Shown here piece by piece: positions 47,385 to 57,565 of a DNA stretch of 64,000 bases. Made by a program: the position numbers and the translations under genes. The stretch spans positions 1,696,001 to 1,760,000 of the forward strand of contig OZ245842.1 of the NCBI GenBank assembly GCA_965228895.1, in the 5' to 3' direction. The first letter of the stretch is position 1; each line of letters begins with the position of its first letter. A model generated the notes under the pieces. That model was not told the DNA's origin, did no database searches, and saw nothing but the letters and a program-made list of their open reading frames with translations. The stretch comes from Alphaproteobacteria bacterium. GTDB taxonomy: Bacteria > Pseudomonadota > Alphaproteobacteria > SP197.

Positions 47385-48536
47385 TTGAGCGATAAACCGA
47401 CAGCGGAAGACGCAAACAACGGTTCGACCGCACAGCCTGTGGCGGCGTCTGAGGATGCATCCGATACAACGACCCCGAAGAGCAGAGGGCGCAAGATCGC
47501 GCTCTACCTGTTGGGTGCCGCCGTCGTTCTGTTCATCTATTTCATCTTTGCCGATCGGCTGACGCCTTACTCACCCTATGGCTATGTCCGCACCTATCTC
47601 GTCGAGATCGGTCCTGAGGTCAGCGGTACCGTCTCCGACGTTGCGGTCGACGACAACATGCGCGTTGAGGAAGACGCAGTCTTGTTCCGCCTGGATCGCC
47701 GTGAGTTTGAAATCGCGGTCGATGCGGCCGAAGCGCAATTGGGGCAGGCCGGCCAATCGATCGGTGCCAACACGGCAGGCGTAAGCGCCGCCCAGGCGGG
47801 TGTGACCGAGGCAAAGGCCAACCTGGCCAACGTGCAGGAACAGGCTGCCCGCGTCCTGACACTGGTTCAGCAGGGCGTCTACGCGCAGGCGCGCGCCGAT
47901 ACCGCCAATGCCGAGTTGGAGACCGCGGAAGCCCAAGTCCGCGAGGCCGAGGCCAATCTGCAACAGGCGCAGGAAGCGCTGGGGCCGACCGGGGAAGATA
48001 ATCCGCTGCTGTTGGCGGCCTTGGCGGATCTAGACCTGGCCCGGCTCAACCTGTTGCGCACGACGGTTCGCGCGCCGTCGGACGGTGTCGTGACCGGCCT
48101 GCAGCTGGCGCCCGGTCAGCAGGCGCGCGCCGGTGAAGCCGTCATGGCATTCCTTGATGTCGAGGACGTTTGGATCGTTTCGTACCTGACGGAAAACAAC
48201 CTGGGTCTGATCAGGAAGGGTGATCGTGTCGAGATCGCGCTCGATGTGCTGCCGGGCCGAATCTACGAGGGCACCGTGCAGTCGACTGGACTTGGCGTCG
48301 CCATGGACGATACGACGTCCGGCGGTAATCTGCCATCCGGTCTACCCGGCCGGTCCGTTACCGGCAGCGATCTTCGGTTTCCGGCACGCATCACGCTTAA
48401 CGATACGCCCTATCCAGAGGGCATTCGTTTCGGCGCACGCGCCAGCGTCATCGTCTACCCGACCGATAACGGTCTGATGAACATGCTGGGTTGGATCAGG
48501 ATCCGGCTCTCCAGCTTGTGGAACTATGTCAACTAG
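47385..48536 (+). CDS. HlyD/EmrA-family membrane fusion protein (YibH-like)
   Basis: N-terminal TM, EVSGTV, coiled coil, VRAPSDGVV, ENNLG; TTG start. Confidence 0.85.
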   Translation: MSDKPTAEDANNGSTAQPVAASEDASDTTTPKSRGRKIALYLLGAAVVLFIYFIFADRLTPYSPYGYVRTYLVEIGPEVSGTVSDVAVDDNMRVEEDAVLFRLDRREFEIAVDAAEAQLGQAGQSIGANTAGVSAAQAGVTEAKANLANVQEQAARVLTLVQQGVYAQARADTANAELETAEAQVREAEANLQQAQEALGPTGEDNPLLLAALADLDLARLNLLRTTVRAPSDGVVTGLQLAPGQQARAGEAVMAFLDVEDVWIVSYLTENNLGLIRKGDRVEIALDVLPGRIYEGTVQSTGLGVAMDDTTSGGNLPSGLPGRSVTGSDLRFPARITLNDTPYPEGIRFGARASVIVYPTDNGLMNMLGWIRIRLSSLWNYVN

Positions 48537-49536
48537 GACGGCTTCCGGCGCTCTCAGCAATCCGCTGGAAGGCCACGGCCTTCGCCTGATGATCGCGGTC
48601 GTCCTGGCGATGCTTGCCGGGGTGATTCACGGCGACTTCCTGGTCGTTTTCATGGCGCCGGTCTTCGTCACCATGTTTGCCGCGCCGGATGGACCGGCGC
48701 CGACGCTGACTAAGGCCGCCGCGATTGCCTTGCTGGTATGGGTCACCGGATTGGCGACGGGCGGCATCGGCGATTTCTTCTCCAACCATCAGTCGGTCCT
48801 CATCCTGTTTTTTGCCACGGGCATCTTCGCCTGTTTCCTGCGTGATGCGTTGGTTGGGCCGAGACCAGCCATTGGCCTGATACTTGTCGTTATGGTGATC
48901 GCCGGAACGATGAGCGCGAACTTCGCGCCGTTGGCCAAAGATGTCATCAACGCCTTGCCGGTCGCCGTGCTGTTTTCGATGGGTGCGATCATGTTCGCCC
49001 ATGCGATCGTGCCGTCGACCGCGGACGTTACGGGTGTTGAGCCTGCCGGTGAGGCCGCAGAGGCTCCGGTGCGCGACGCGCTCATGCGCACGGCCATCCT
49101 GTTGCCGCTGATTATCTGGTTCCTGGCGACCGGCAAGGTCGGCAGTTTCTACATCCTGATCGTTGCCATATCAGTCTTGCGTGTGCCCAAGCCTGAAACC
49201 GTTGGCCTCGCATTGGTGGCCGCCAACTTTCTGGGCGGTGCCATTGCCCTGATCGCGGCAACGATGATCTTCATTACGCCGTCGCCGTTGTTCGGTGTGA
49301 TCGTCCTTGCGCTGATGGCGCTGGGCCTGGGTCTCATGGTCGAGCAGGGCGGCGTACGCGGTAAGCTTGCCAACGCCGCGGCCGGACCGGCGATGATCAT
49401 GCTGATGTTGGCGCTGTCGGTGCTCGACGGTAGCGATGTCTACATCAGCCGCGTCCTCGAAATCGCAGCCTCGGTCCTCTACGTGATTCTGGCCATGGCG
49501 CTTTTAAGCTCCGCCGTCCGAAAACCGGTGACCTAG
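48526..49536 (+). CDS. Multi-TM inner-membrane partner (DUF2955/FUSC-like)
   Basis: Many hydrophobic helices; overlaps the MFP stop codon. Confidence 0.65.
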   Translation: MSTRTASGALSNPLEGHGLRLMIAVVLAMLAGVIHGDFLVVFMAPVFVTMFAAPDGPAPTLTKAAAIALLVWVTGLATGGIGDFFSNHQSVLILFFATGIFACFLRDALVGPRPAIGLILVVMVIAGTMSANFAPLAKDVINALPVAVLFSMGAIMFAHAIVPSTADVTGVEPAGEAAEAPVRDALMRTAILLPLIIWFLATGKVGSFYILIVAISVLRVPKPETVGLALVAANFLGGAIALIAATMIFITPSPLFGVIVLALMALGLGLMVEQGGVRGKLANAAAGPAMIMLMLALSVLDGSDVYISRVLEIAASVLYVILAMALLSSAVRKPVT

Positions 49537-49540
49537 CGCA

Positions 49541-50278
49541 TCAGCGCAACGTAACGAGGCGTACGGGTCCACCCACTTCCAGTCCCAAGCGTTCCGCGGC
49601 GCTACCGCGATTGACGGCAATCTCGGCCAGACCGTTGGCGTTCTCGTACCACGTGGCGTCGCCGACCGGGACATCGCCGAAGGTACGGCTGCGTTCCAGG
49701 TGCTGGCCGTTGATTTCGAGTGCCGTTCCTGCCGGCAGCGACTCAGCGCGCATGCCGGTCATGGCGTTACCATAGCGGTCGATATAGACGATCTCCGGCA
49801 GGTCATCGGGCCAATCGTGGTGCAGACGGTGTTCCGGATCGACCGGTTCGCCCGGTGGATGGTCACCGCGCGCCAAGGCGGCGGCGACGGGTGCAAAGAG
49901 GTCGCGGCCATGAAACGTCGCTGACATTGACCTAGGCTGATGGGTGATGTCCCACATCCGGCAATCGTCATTGCGTTGCATGACGACGTTGAAGAGCCCG
50001 TTGTCGGGTCCGACGAACCAGCGTCCGCCGGCCCTGACGATGACCGGCCGCCGCCATGCCGTCCCCACGCCCGGATCGACGACCGCAAGAAAGATCGAGT
50101 CGTGCGGAAAGGCGTCTGTGTAGGCCGCCAAGAGGTAGGACGAGGCACGCGGCGCGAAAACCGGGGCATCGGAAAAGAGGTCGAAGACGGGTGTGTCCGG
50201 GACGTCACGCCACAGCGCGGCCTTCACTTGACCGATATAGGGGCCTTCCAAGCCGAAATCTGTGAACAGCAGGATCAT
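49541..50278 (-). CDS. SAM hydroxide adenosyltransferase (DUF62, chlorinase/fluorinase family)
   Basis: TDFG, VVDPGVG, RR, TFHGRDLFAP, IDRYGN, EIAVNRGSAA. Confidence 0.9.
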   Translation of the reverse strand: MILLFTDFGLEGPYIGQVKAALWRDVPDTPVFDLFSDAPVFAPRASSYLLAAYTDAFPHDSIFLAVVDPGVGTAWRRPVIVRAGGRWFVGPDNGLFNVVMQRNDDCRMWDITHQPRSMSATFHGRDLFAPVAAALARGDHPPGEPVDPEHRLHHDWPDDLPEIVYIDRYGNAMTGMRAESLPAGTALEINGQHLERSRTFGDVPVGDATWYENANGLAEIAVNRGSAAERLGLEVGGPVRLVTLR

Positions 50279-50451
50279 GAGGGTCCAGATCGTCGTGGCA
50301 CGGCAGTCTGCCGTGGGGTCATCGACAGGATAGGCCAAGTCGTGGCGGTCTTCACGGATTGCAATCCGATTGAGGTTTTGCCTTGGCGCCGACTTGGCGG
50401 AATACTGACACCGGACTCCTGGATACAACGGCTTGGCGTCGTTTCGCGGAC

Positions 50452-50823
50452 ATGCGGTTTATCGCTTCAATGCTGGCTCTGGTTGCCGTTCTGGTGGTGG
50501 TGGCCTTTTGGGGTCTGAAATCGATCGGCCTGATCGGCGAATCCTGTCCATCGCTGCAGTCCGACGGGTTCCAAATCATGATCGACAACAAACTGCTGTT
50601 CGCCCTGCGCGCCAACGTGCACGAGGCGACCACGAAGGAACTCAGAATTGGACCGGAGGAATGTATCGCGGTTGATGTCAACAAGGTCCGCATTGGCGTC
50701 GAGACCTGGGCGTTCGGCGAGACCGGCACGCCAAACTGTGTTGCCGAACTGCGTCCTGCCAACCGTCTGAGCATTTTCGAGCGGGGCGGGGTCGTCTATT
50801 GCGAGGTCGGCGAAGCCCACTGA
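50452..50823 (+). CDS. Hypothetical membrane-anchored Cys-containing protein
   Basis: N-terminal TM helix, four Cys, coding-like codon use. Confidence 0.55.
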   Translation: MRFIASMLALVAVLVVVAFWGLKSIGLIGESCPSLQSDGFQIMIDNKLLFALRANVHEATTKELRIGPEECIAVDVNKVRIGVETWAFGETGTPNCVAELRPANRLSIFERGGVVYCEVGEAH

Positions 50824-50904
50824 GTGCGCTCTTTATCCATGAGCGGAGCAGATTCACCTGTCTTGATGTCATCGCGAAGCGATTCCATCAAAACAGGATC
50901 TGCT

Positions 50905-52173
50905 CTAGTGCTTGCGGCTGCTCTCGGCGAGGTCGCGGTCCATCTGGTCGCGTACCGTCTTCATGGCAATGGCGGCGCCGATCGTGGACGTCCTGGGAAC
51001 ACCGACATAAGGGTGTTGTTCTTCGAGCGGCCGGGTTGCACGCTGCGTCATGCGAAAGAGCGCGAACAAGCCGAGCGAAAGATGAGCTGCGGCCAGAAAC
51101 CAGAAAAAACCTGCCGGACCGAACTCCGCCATGGCGACGCCCGTGATTACCGGGCCAGCCATGCCGCCTATGCCACCGGCCATGAGTAGGCCGCTGGAGG
51201 CTGCGACCATCTGTTTGGGTGAAAGGAAGTCGTTGGTGTGCGCGACGGCCAGCGAATAGATGGGAAATGACAGGCCGCCCAGGAGCGCGCCGATGGTCAG
51301 CAGCACGGGCGCGGTCTCGATGTCCAGGGTCGCGCCCGCGACGGCAACCAGGCCCGCCAGAATGCTGGCTGCCGTCAAGATCTGACGCCGATCGAAGTGG
51401 TCGCTCAAGCGACCAATCGGCCACTGCAGGATCATGCCGCCCAGGACCATGGCGGTGATGAAGAGGGAAATGTCGGCAAGCGACATGCCGATCTCCTGAG
51501 CGTAGACCGCGCCCAGGCCGATCATGGTGCCGGCCGCTGCGCCCTGCAGCATGGACCCCGCGACGCCGAGCGGCGAGATACGCGCCAATTGGCGCAGCCC
51601 CAGCTTGTCATTGGCCTGGAACTCAGGTGCGGGATAGGCGGTGAGCGAAATCGGCACGACCGCAAGCGAGACAAGAACGGCCGCGACGATGAAGAGCACG
51701 AAACCGTCCGGACTGGCCGTGTTCATCAGCAGCGGTCCCAAGGCCATGGAGCCCAGCATGATCACCATGTAGACGGAGAGCAGTTGACCGCGGGTTTTGT
51801 TCGTCGAGCGATCGTTGAGCCAGCTCTCCGCGACGATGTAGAGGCTCGCATAGGCGAACCCGGTCAAGACCCGCATGAGAGTCCAGATCACCGGCTCTAC
51901 CGCGACGGCATGGATCAACGGGGCGATCGACGCGATCGAGGCCATGGCGCCGAACACGCGGATATGGCCAACCCGCGTGACAAGACGCGGTGTCAATGTG
52001 GACCCGATCAGGAAGCCGACAAAGTAACCGGCCATGATGATGCCGGTCACCTCGGTCGGAAAACCAGCCAAGGTCGCGCGAACGCCAAGAAGGGTGCCCT
52101 GAAGCCCGGCGCCCAACATAAGAAGCCCGATGCCCAGCAGAAGAGCCCAGATGGAGACGACGGCAGCCAGCAT
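50905..52173 (-). CDS. MFS transporter (YcaD-like)
   Basis: GAGLQGTLLG, RVGHIR, AESWLN, QWPIGRLSD, AHTND; start ATG 52173. Confidence 0.9.
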   Translation of the reverse strand: MLAAVVSIWALLLGIGLLMLGAGLQGTLLGVRATLAGFPTEVTGIIMAGYFVGFLIGSTLTPRLVTRVGHIRVFGAMASIASIAPLIHAVAVEPVIWTLMRVLTGFAYASLYIVAESWLNDRSTNKTRGQLLSVYMVIMLGSMALGPLLMNTASPDGFVLFIVAAVLVSLAVVPISLTAYPAPEFQANDKLGLRQLARISPLGVAGSMLQGAAAGTMIGLGAVYAQEIGMSLADISLFITAMVLGGMILQWPIGRLSDHFDRRQILTAASILAGLVAVAGATLDIETAPVLLTIGALLGGLSFPIYSLAVAHTNDFLSPKQMVAASSGLLMAGGIGGMAGPVITGVAMAEFGPAGFFWFLAAAHLSLGLFALFRMTQRATRPLEEQHPYVGVPRTSTIGAAIAMKTVRDQMDRDLAESSRKH

Positions 52174-52330
52174 GGTCGCGGCACCCCAAGGAATTGCGGC
52201 GGGGCTTATGCGCGATTTGTCCGGTGAAATCCATCCAAATCGTACGGTGGCGGCGCACCGGCGCGCGTTTCTTGACGACCCGGACTCGGCGTTCGAGACT
52301 GGCGGCTCTTCAGACGGCAGAGGAGGGGCC

Positions 52331-53170
52331 GTGACCATCACGTTGAAACCTCTGGCCGACGCCCTTGGCGTCGTGGTCGAAGGCCTTGACCTCGCCCAGC
52401 CGATTGCGCTTGAGACAGCCGAGCAGCTGCGTGACGCTTGGGCCAAGCACCACCTTCTCCTGCTGCGTGGTCAAGACATTGACGAGGAGCAGCAGGTCGC
52501 CTTCGCGACCTTGTTCGGGCCGATCTCGCACCGTGGCGCCTATATGAAGGACCGCCAGGCGAGTCATGTTTCTAATGTGCGCGCGGATGGCATTCTTGGT
52601 GGCGGGGTGCTGCACTTTCATTCGGACCACACGTTCTTTGCACGCCCGCTCAAGGCGATCTGTCTTTATGCGATCGACGTGCCGTCCTCCGGTGGCGAAA
52701 CACTGTTTGCCAACGCGATCCTTGCCTATGGGAACCTTCCCGATGACATGAAGGCGCGCATTGCCGGGCTGAGCTCGGTGCAGCTATTCGACTACACCGG
52801 CGACTACAACCGGAGGACCCTGCTGGAAGATGCGCCGGCCGACGCGCCACGATGCGATCACCCGCTGGTCAAGACCGACGAGGCGACGGGCGAGAAGCTG
52901 CTGTTCCTGCACGAACACACGACTGCGGCGATTCCCGGCCTCGACCATGACGGGGTCGACGCGCTGTTCGCCGATCTCATGCCCTATCTCAACGATCCCG
53001 ATATCGGCTACCGCCATACCTGGTCGCCGGGCGACGTGCTGCTGTGGAACAACATGACACTTCAGCATGCGCGGACTGACTTTGACCAAAGTCAGGCGCG
53101 AACCATACGGCGTGTGCCGATCGCAGTCAGCGACGCCGAAGCCCATGACGCCACCGCGACCGCCGCATAA
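52331..53170 (+). CDS. TauD/TfdA Fe(II)/2-oxoglutarate dioxygenase
   Basis: FHSD, GGETLFAN, WNN...QHAR; AGGAGG RBS with GTG start. Confidence 0.88.
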   Translation: MTITLKPLADALGVVVEGLDLAQPIALETAEQLRDAWAKHHLLLLRGQDIDEEQQVAFATLFGPISHRGAYMKDRQASHVSNVRADGILGGGVLHFHSDHTFFARPLKAICLYAIDVPSSGGETLFANAILAYGNLPDDMKARIAGLSSVQLFDYTGDYNRRTLLEDAPADAPRCDHPLVKTDEATGEKLLFLHEHTTAAIPGLDHDGVDALFADLMPYLNDPDIGYRHTWSPGDVLLWNNMTLQHARTDFDQSQARTIRRVPIAVSDAEAHDATATAA

Positions 53171-53192
53171 AGGTCGCTAGGAAAGGGACGAA

Positions 53193-54038
53193 ATGAGCAC
53201 ACCGCTTGTCGACACCGCCGTCGCCTGGCCTGGCGGCGCCCAATGCGCGGTCATGTTGAGTTTCGACTTTGACGCGGAGACCCTGTGGATCGGCCGCGAC
53301 CGCGCCAATTGGAAACGCCCGGGGGTTCTTTCTCAAGGCAAGTACGGCGCCAAGCTTGGCGTGCCCAAGGTTCTTGAGACGCTCGATGATGCCGGCATCA
53401 AGGCGACCTTCTTCGTGCCCGGCTGGACGGCGGAAAACCACACCGATCGCGTCGAGGCGATCGTCGGGGCGGGGCATGAGGTCGGCCACCACAGTTATCT
53501 GCACGAATGGATCGACCCGGAGGATCCGGCCGCCGAGGAGGCCGAACTCGACAAAGGCCTGGAGGCGCTCGCCAAGACAGTTGGCGTCACGCCCAAGGGA
53601 TACCGGTCACCGGCTGGCGAAACCAGCGACAACATGGTGCGCCTATTGACTGACCGTGGTTTCCTCTACGACAGCTCCATGATGGATGACATCAACCCCT
53701 ATCGCCATGTTCTGGCCGACGGCTCGCCCGGTGTCGTCGAGGTGCCCTGGCACTGGAGCCTGGACGATGCGATCTACCTGCTGTTTTCGATCCGCAATCC
53801 CCGGCCGGTCTTCACCAACAGCCACATCCTGGAAGTCTGGCAGGAGGAGTTCCGCGAAATCTATCGCTGGGGCGGGTTGTTCGATTTGGTCATGCACCCG
53901 CAAATCATCGGCCGCCCGTCGCGTATCGCGCTGCTGCGTGAGTTCATCGCCTGGATCAAGACCTTCCCGAATGTGTGGTTCGCGACCGGCAGCGAGGTCG
54001 CCGACGCGTGGCTGGCGCAGGCGGGCGAGGGCAGCTAA
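53193..54038 (+). CDS. Polysaccharide deacetylase family (PuuE / HP0310-like) hydrolase
   Basis: SFDFDAE, TFFVPG, HEVGHHSYLH, GYRSP, MHPQIIGR. Confidence 0.88.
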   Translation: MSTPLVDTAVAWPGGAQCAVMLSFDFDAETLWIGRDRANWKRPGVLSQGKYGAKLGVPKVLETLDDAGIKATFFVPGWTAENHTDRVEAIVGAGHEVGHHSYLHEWIDPEDPAAEEAELDKGLEALAKTVGVTPKGYRSPAGETSDNMVRLLTDRGFLYDSSMMDDINPYRHVLADGSPGVVEVPWHWSLDDAIYLLFSIRNPRPVFTNSHILEVWQEEFREIYRWGGLFDLVMHPQIIGRPSRIALLREFIAWIKTFPNVWFATGSEVADAWLAQAGEGS

Positions 54039-55912
54039 CGCGCTGAGAAGATCGGTTTGTCTTCCTTGATCGTTTCGACGATCTCGATGTCCTTCAGCGC
54101 TGAGGCGTCGACGGTATAGGGATCGTCGGCGAGTATCACGAGGTCGGTCAGCTTGCCGGGCGTGATGGTGCCCTTTAGATCGTCTTCGAAGTGCTGGTAG
54201 GCGCCTTCGATGGTCATGGCCTTTAACGCGGTCTCAACATTGATTTGCTGATCCGGTCCCAGGACGGCGCCGCTTCGTGTCTGGCGGTTGATCGCTGACC
54301 ACAGCAACATGCGGGAGTCCGACGGCACGACCGGTGAGTCGTTGTGCAAAGTGAAGCGTACGTCACGCGCACGTGCCGATGCGGTCGGCGAAATGCGCGC
54401 GGCGCGTTCAGGACCCATCACGGAGTCCCGGTGCCAGTCGCCCCAGTAGAATGTGTGCGTGACGAAGAAGGACGCCATCATGCCGAGCGCTGCCATGCGG
54501 TCGAGCTGGTCGTCGCGCGCCATCTGGGCGTGGATCATGACCGGCCGGCGGTCCGCGGTGCCGCAGCGCTCGGTCGCTTTGCCGACGGCATCGATGAACT
54601 GGTTGCCGGCCGCATCGCCGTTGCAATGCGCCAAGACCTGCCAGCCCCGCTCAAACAGGGCCTCGACCAGAGCGGCCAGGTCGTCGTCGGTCACCAGCGG
54701 ATAGCCCGCGTAACCGGCTTCGCGTCCGACGGGCGGTATGAGATAGGGCTCGGTCAGCCAGGCGGTCTTGCCCTGGGGCGAACCATCGAGCATCAGTTTT
54801 GCGCCGCCTAACCTGAGTCTGTCGTCGTAGGCGTCGGGCACGTAACTGCTGGCGTCGAGCGCGGCAACGGAATCGAAGAGCGGGTAGGCGACCACGTCAA
54901 GATCAAGGCGTCCGGCCGCGTTGGCGGCCCGTAGCAAGTCCATTTCATAGTCGCGAGTCGCACCGTCTTGCGCCGTCGTGATCCCCCACGCCGCGTAGTT
55001 CCGCTGGGCCGTATCAAGAAAGTCGAGCAGGTGAGTCGGCTTGAACTCGGGCAGGTGGTCCTGGAACAGAAGCAGCGCGTTTTCCTCGACGATGCCGCTC
55101 GGAACGGTGCCGCCGGCCTGGCGACGAACGACGCCGCCGTCCGGGTCAGTCATCGCTGCCGTCACGCCGGCCAATTCGAGCGCCTTTGAATTGGCGACGG
55201 CAAGGTGTCCGGAAACATGCCAGATGAAGATCGGCTGGTCCGTGGTGATCGCGTCCAAATCATCGCGATCGGGATGGCGTTGTTCGGCGAGCAACGATTC
55301 GTCATAGCCCGCACCCAGCAGCCAGCCGCCAAATCCGCCATCGTTCATATCGCGATAGCGGCGCAAAGCCTGCTGCAGATCGGCGATGCTCTGGACCGGA
55401 CCGGCCGGCGGCGGCTGAAGGTCGGCGAACCCAAAATACATCCCTGTGCTCGCCAGATGTCCGTGGCCATCAATGAAACCCGGCAGTACGACAAGCCCAT
55501 CCAGGTCGTCGATGCGTGTCGTCGTACCGGCTAGCGCCATCATCTCGTCATCCGATCCCACGGCGGTGATCCGGCCGCCTGAAGACGCCAGCGCCTGCGC
55601 GCCGGGCCGGTCGTCATCCATCGTGATGATCCGCGCGCCGCGATAGATGACATCCGGTGGCCCATCCGGTATCGCCTCGGACCCGATACCGCGTCCGAAT
55701 CCGGCAAGTGCCGCGCCCGCCAGTTCCGATGGGGCGCCTTGCTGACGGCTACCAAACTCCGCCATGCCACCACCAACCAGGGCCGCGGCGGCGACTGCAC
55801 CGCCCAGGATTTCGCGACGCGCCGGCATGTCTCGACGCGGTCCCATGAGCGGCCAAAGGTAGGGGCTGCAACAGCCGCAACCGGGCTGAGGCTTGTCATG
55901 GTCATGGCTCAT
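54035..55912 (-). CDS. YtcJ-like amidohydrolase (canonical ligands), possible Tat export
   Basis: PGFIDGHGH, AKLMLDGS, AHCNGD, MIHAQ, HND; N-terminal CGCC and RREIL followed by a hydrophobic stretch. Confidence 0.88.
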   Translation of the reverse strand: MSHDHDKPQPGCGCCSPYLWPLMGPRRDMPARREILGGAVAAAALVGGGMAEFGSRQQGAPSELAGAALAGFGRGIGSEAIPDGPPDVIYRGARIITMDDDRPGAQALASSGGRITAVGSDDEMMALAGTTTRIDDLDGLVVLPGFIDGHGHLASTGMYFGFADLQPPPAGPVQSIADLQQALRRYRDMNDGGFGGWLLGAGYDESLLAEQRHPDRDDLDAITTDQPIFIWHVSGHLAVANSKALELAGVTAAMTDPDGGVVRRQAGGTVPSGIVEENALLLFQDHLPEFKPTHLLDFLDTAQRNYAAWGITTAQDGATRDYEMDLLRAANAAGRLDLDVVAYPLFDSVAALDASSYVPDAYDDRLRLGGAKLMLDGSPQGKTAWLTEPYLIPPVGREAGYAGYPLVTDDDLAALVEALFERGWQVLAHCNGDAAGNQFIDAVGKATERCGTADRRPVMIHAQMARDDQLDRMAALGMMASFFVTHTFYWGDWHRDSVMGPERAARISPTASARARDVRFTLHNDSPVVPSDSRMLLWSAINRQTRSGAVLGPDQQINVETALKAMTIEGAYQHFEDDLKGTITPGKLTDLVILADDPYTVDASALKDIEIVETIKEDKPIFSAR

Positions 55913-55940
55913 CGATCGCTACCTCGCTAAGCGTCGTGCC

Positions 55941-56708
55941 CTAATCGAATTGGGAGAAATCGGGCGCACGTTTTTCCATAAAGGCATTGAACGCTTCCTG
56001 GGCTTCGGGCGAACGCACACGCTCGAAAAAAGGCTCCATCTCGTCGCGAATACGCTGATCCAGCGGTAGGCGCGCGTTCCTCACCATCGCCTTGGTCACC
56101 CGGAGTGCCGCGGCCGGTTTAGCGGCCAGACGCGCGGCACGGGCGACAGTTTCGGACTCCAGTTGGCCGTCGTCGAAGATCGCGTTGACCATACCGGCGG
56201 ATTTTGCCGTCTCGGCATCGAAACGATCGGCAAAAAGAAAAAGCTCCATCGCCTTTTGGTGACCGCAGACCAAAGGCAGCAACATGGTCGCGCCGGCCTC
56301 GGGAAACAGGCCGAGGTCGACAAAGGGAAACGAGAAGGTCGCGCTGCGCGACGCATAGACGAGATCGCAATGCAGCAGCATCGTGGCGCCTACGCCGACG
56401 GCAAATCCATTGACCGCGGCGATCAGGGGTTTGTTGAGTGTCGCCAGCGCATTCAGGAAGTGGTCGGGCGGCCGTTGGCCGGGTTCCGATTTGCCGCCGA
56501 CAAAACTCGAAACGTCATTGCCGCTGGTAAAAGCGTCGCCCGTGCCGGTGATCCTGATGACCCTGACCTTCGGGTCGGCATCCGCCGACCGCAGGGCATC
56601 GGCGGACGCCGTGTACATCTCCCAGGTCAGCGCATTCTTTTTGTCGGGACGGTTAAGCCGGATATGCATGACGCCGTCTTTTGTCTCGACCACCACGTGA
56701 TCGGCCAT
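55941..56708 (-). CDS. Enoyl-CoA hydratase/isomerase
   Basis: LNRPDKKNAL, FTSGND, GVGATMLLHCD, PEAG. Confidence 0.9.
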   Translation of the reverse strand: MADHVVVETKDGVMHIRLNRPDKKNALTWEMYTASADALRSADADPKVRVIRITGTGDAFTSGNDVSSFVGGKSEPGQRPPDHFLNALATLNKPLIAAVNGFAVGVGATMLLHCDLVYASRSATFSFPFVDLGLFPEAGATMLLPLVCGHQKAMELFLFADRFDAETAKSAGMVNAIFDDGQLESETVARAARLAAKPAAALRVTKAMVRNARLPLDQRIRDEMEPFFERVRSPEAQEAFNAFMEKRAPDFSQFD

Positions 56709-56791
56709 GGCTTTGTCCTCCCCCTCATCGTCGCCGTTCGGCCATGTTATAGATGCGCGACGCTCTGACCAGTCGCATGAGGGAGCCACGC

Positions 56792-57565
56792 ATGGGGACA
56801 TTTCGTTTCGCCGGCCAGACCGCGATTGTAACCGGCGCTGCCGGCGGTATCGGCCGGGCGACGGCCCTGCGTCTGGCCACCGAGGGCGCGTGCGTACTGG
56901 CCGTCGACATCAAGCAGGACGCACTGGCCGAGACCGTCGACCTGGCCGATGAGGCACAGATCGTACCCATGATCGCCGACCTGACCGACCGGGATGCACC
57001 GAGGACGGTTGTCAATGAGGCCCTTGACCAGTTCGGCAGCGTCGACATCCTGGTCAACAACGCAGGCATCAGCGGGCGCAACCGCCGCGGCGGTGGCGAC
57101 ATCGATGACCAGGAATGGGAGGCGATTATCGATATGAACGCCTCGTCTGTGTACCGCATGGCACGGGCGGCCCTGCCGCACTTGCCACGTCCCGGCGGCA
57201 GGATTGTCAACATCAGTTCGGTCTTCGGCCTGGTCGGCTTTCCCGGCTCGCCTGGCTATGCCGCCGCGAAAGGGGCGGTTGCCCAACTGACCCGGCAGAT
57301 GGCGTCCGACTACGCTGCCGAGGGCGTCAACATCAACGCGATCGCACCGGGTGTCATCGAGACGGCGATGACGACGGAGAGCATCAGCAACGATCCCTGG
57401 TACCATGACGCCATGATCAAGACATCGCCGATGGGGATCGGCCAGCCAGACGATATCGCCGGCGTCGTCGCGTTCCTCTGTTCCGATGATGCGCGCTATG
57501 TGAACGGCCAGGTCATCGCGGTCGATGGCGGTTGGTCGACGACGCGGTACTGGCCGAGGTCATGA
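56792..57565 (+). CDS. Short-chain dehydrogenase/reductase
   Basis: TGAAGGIG, NNAG, YAAAK, VDGG. Confidence 0.9.
   Translation: MGTFRFAGQTAIVTGAAGGIGRATALRLATEGACVLAVDIKQDALAETVDLADEAQIVPMIADLTDRDAPRTVVNEALDQFGSVDILVNNAGISGRNRRGGGDIDDQEWEAIIDMNASSVYRMARAALPHLPRPGGRIVNISSVFGLVGFPGSPGYAAAKGAVAQLTRQMASDYAAEGVNINAIAPGVIETAMTTESISNDPWYHDAMIKTSPMGIGQPDDIAGVVAFLCSDDARYVNGQVIAVDGGWSTTRYWPRS

Noticed and set aside
47385-49536. HlyD protein as the T1SS adaptor for the adhesins
   Set aside because: EmrA/YibH-type protein paired with a non-ABC membrane protein; no HlyB ATPase or TolC nearby.
49541-50278. Fluorinase/chlorinase
   Set aside because: Has the Asp-Arg-His signature (VDPG, RR, TFHGRD) of SAM hydrolases; halogenases lack the His.
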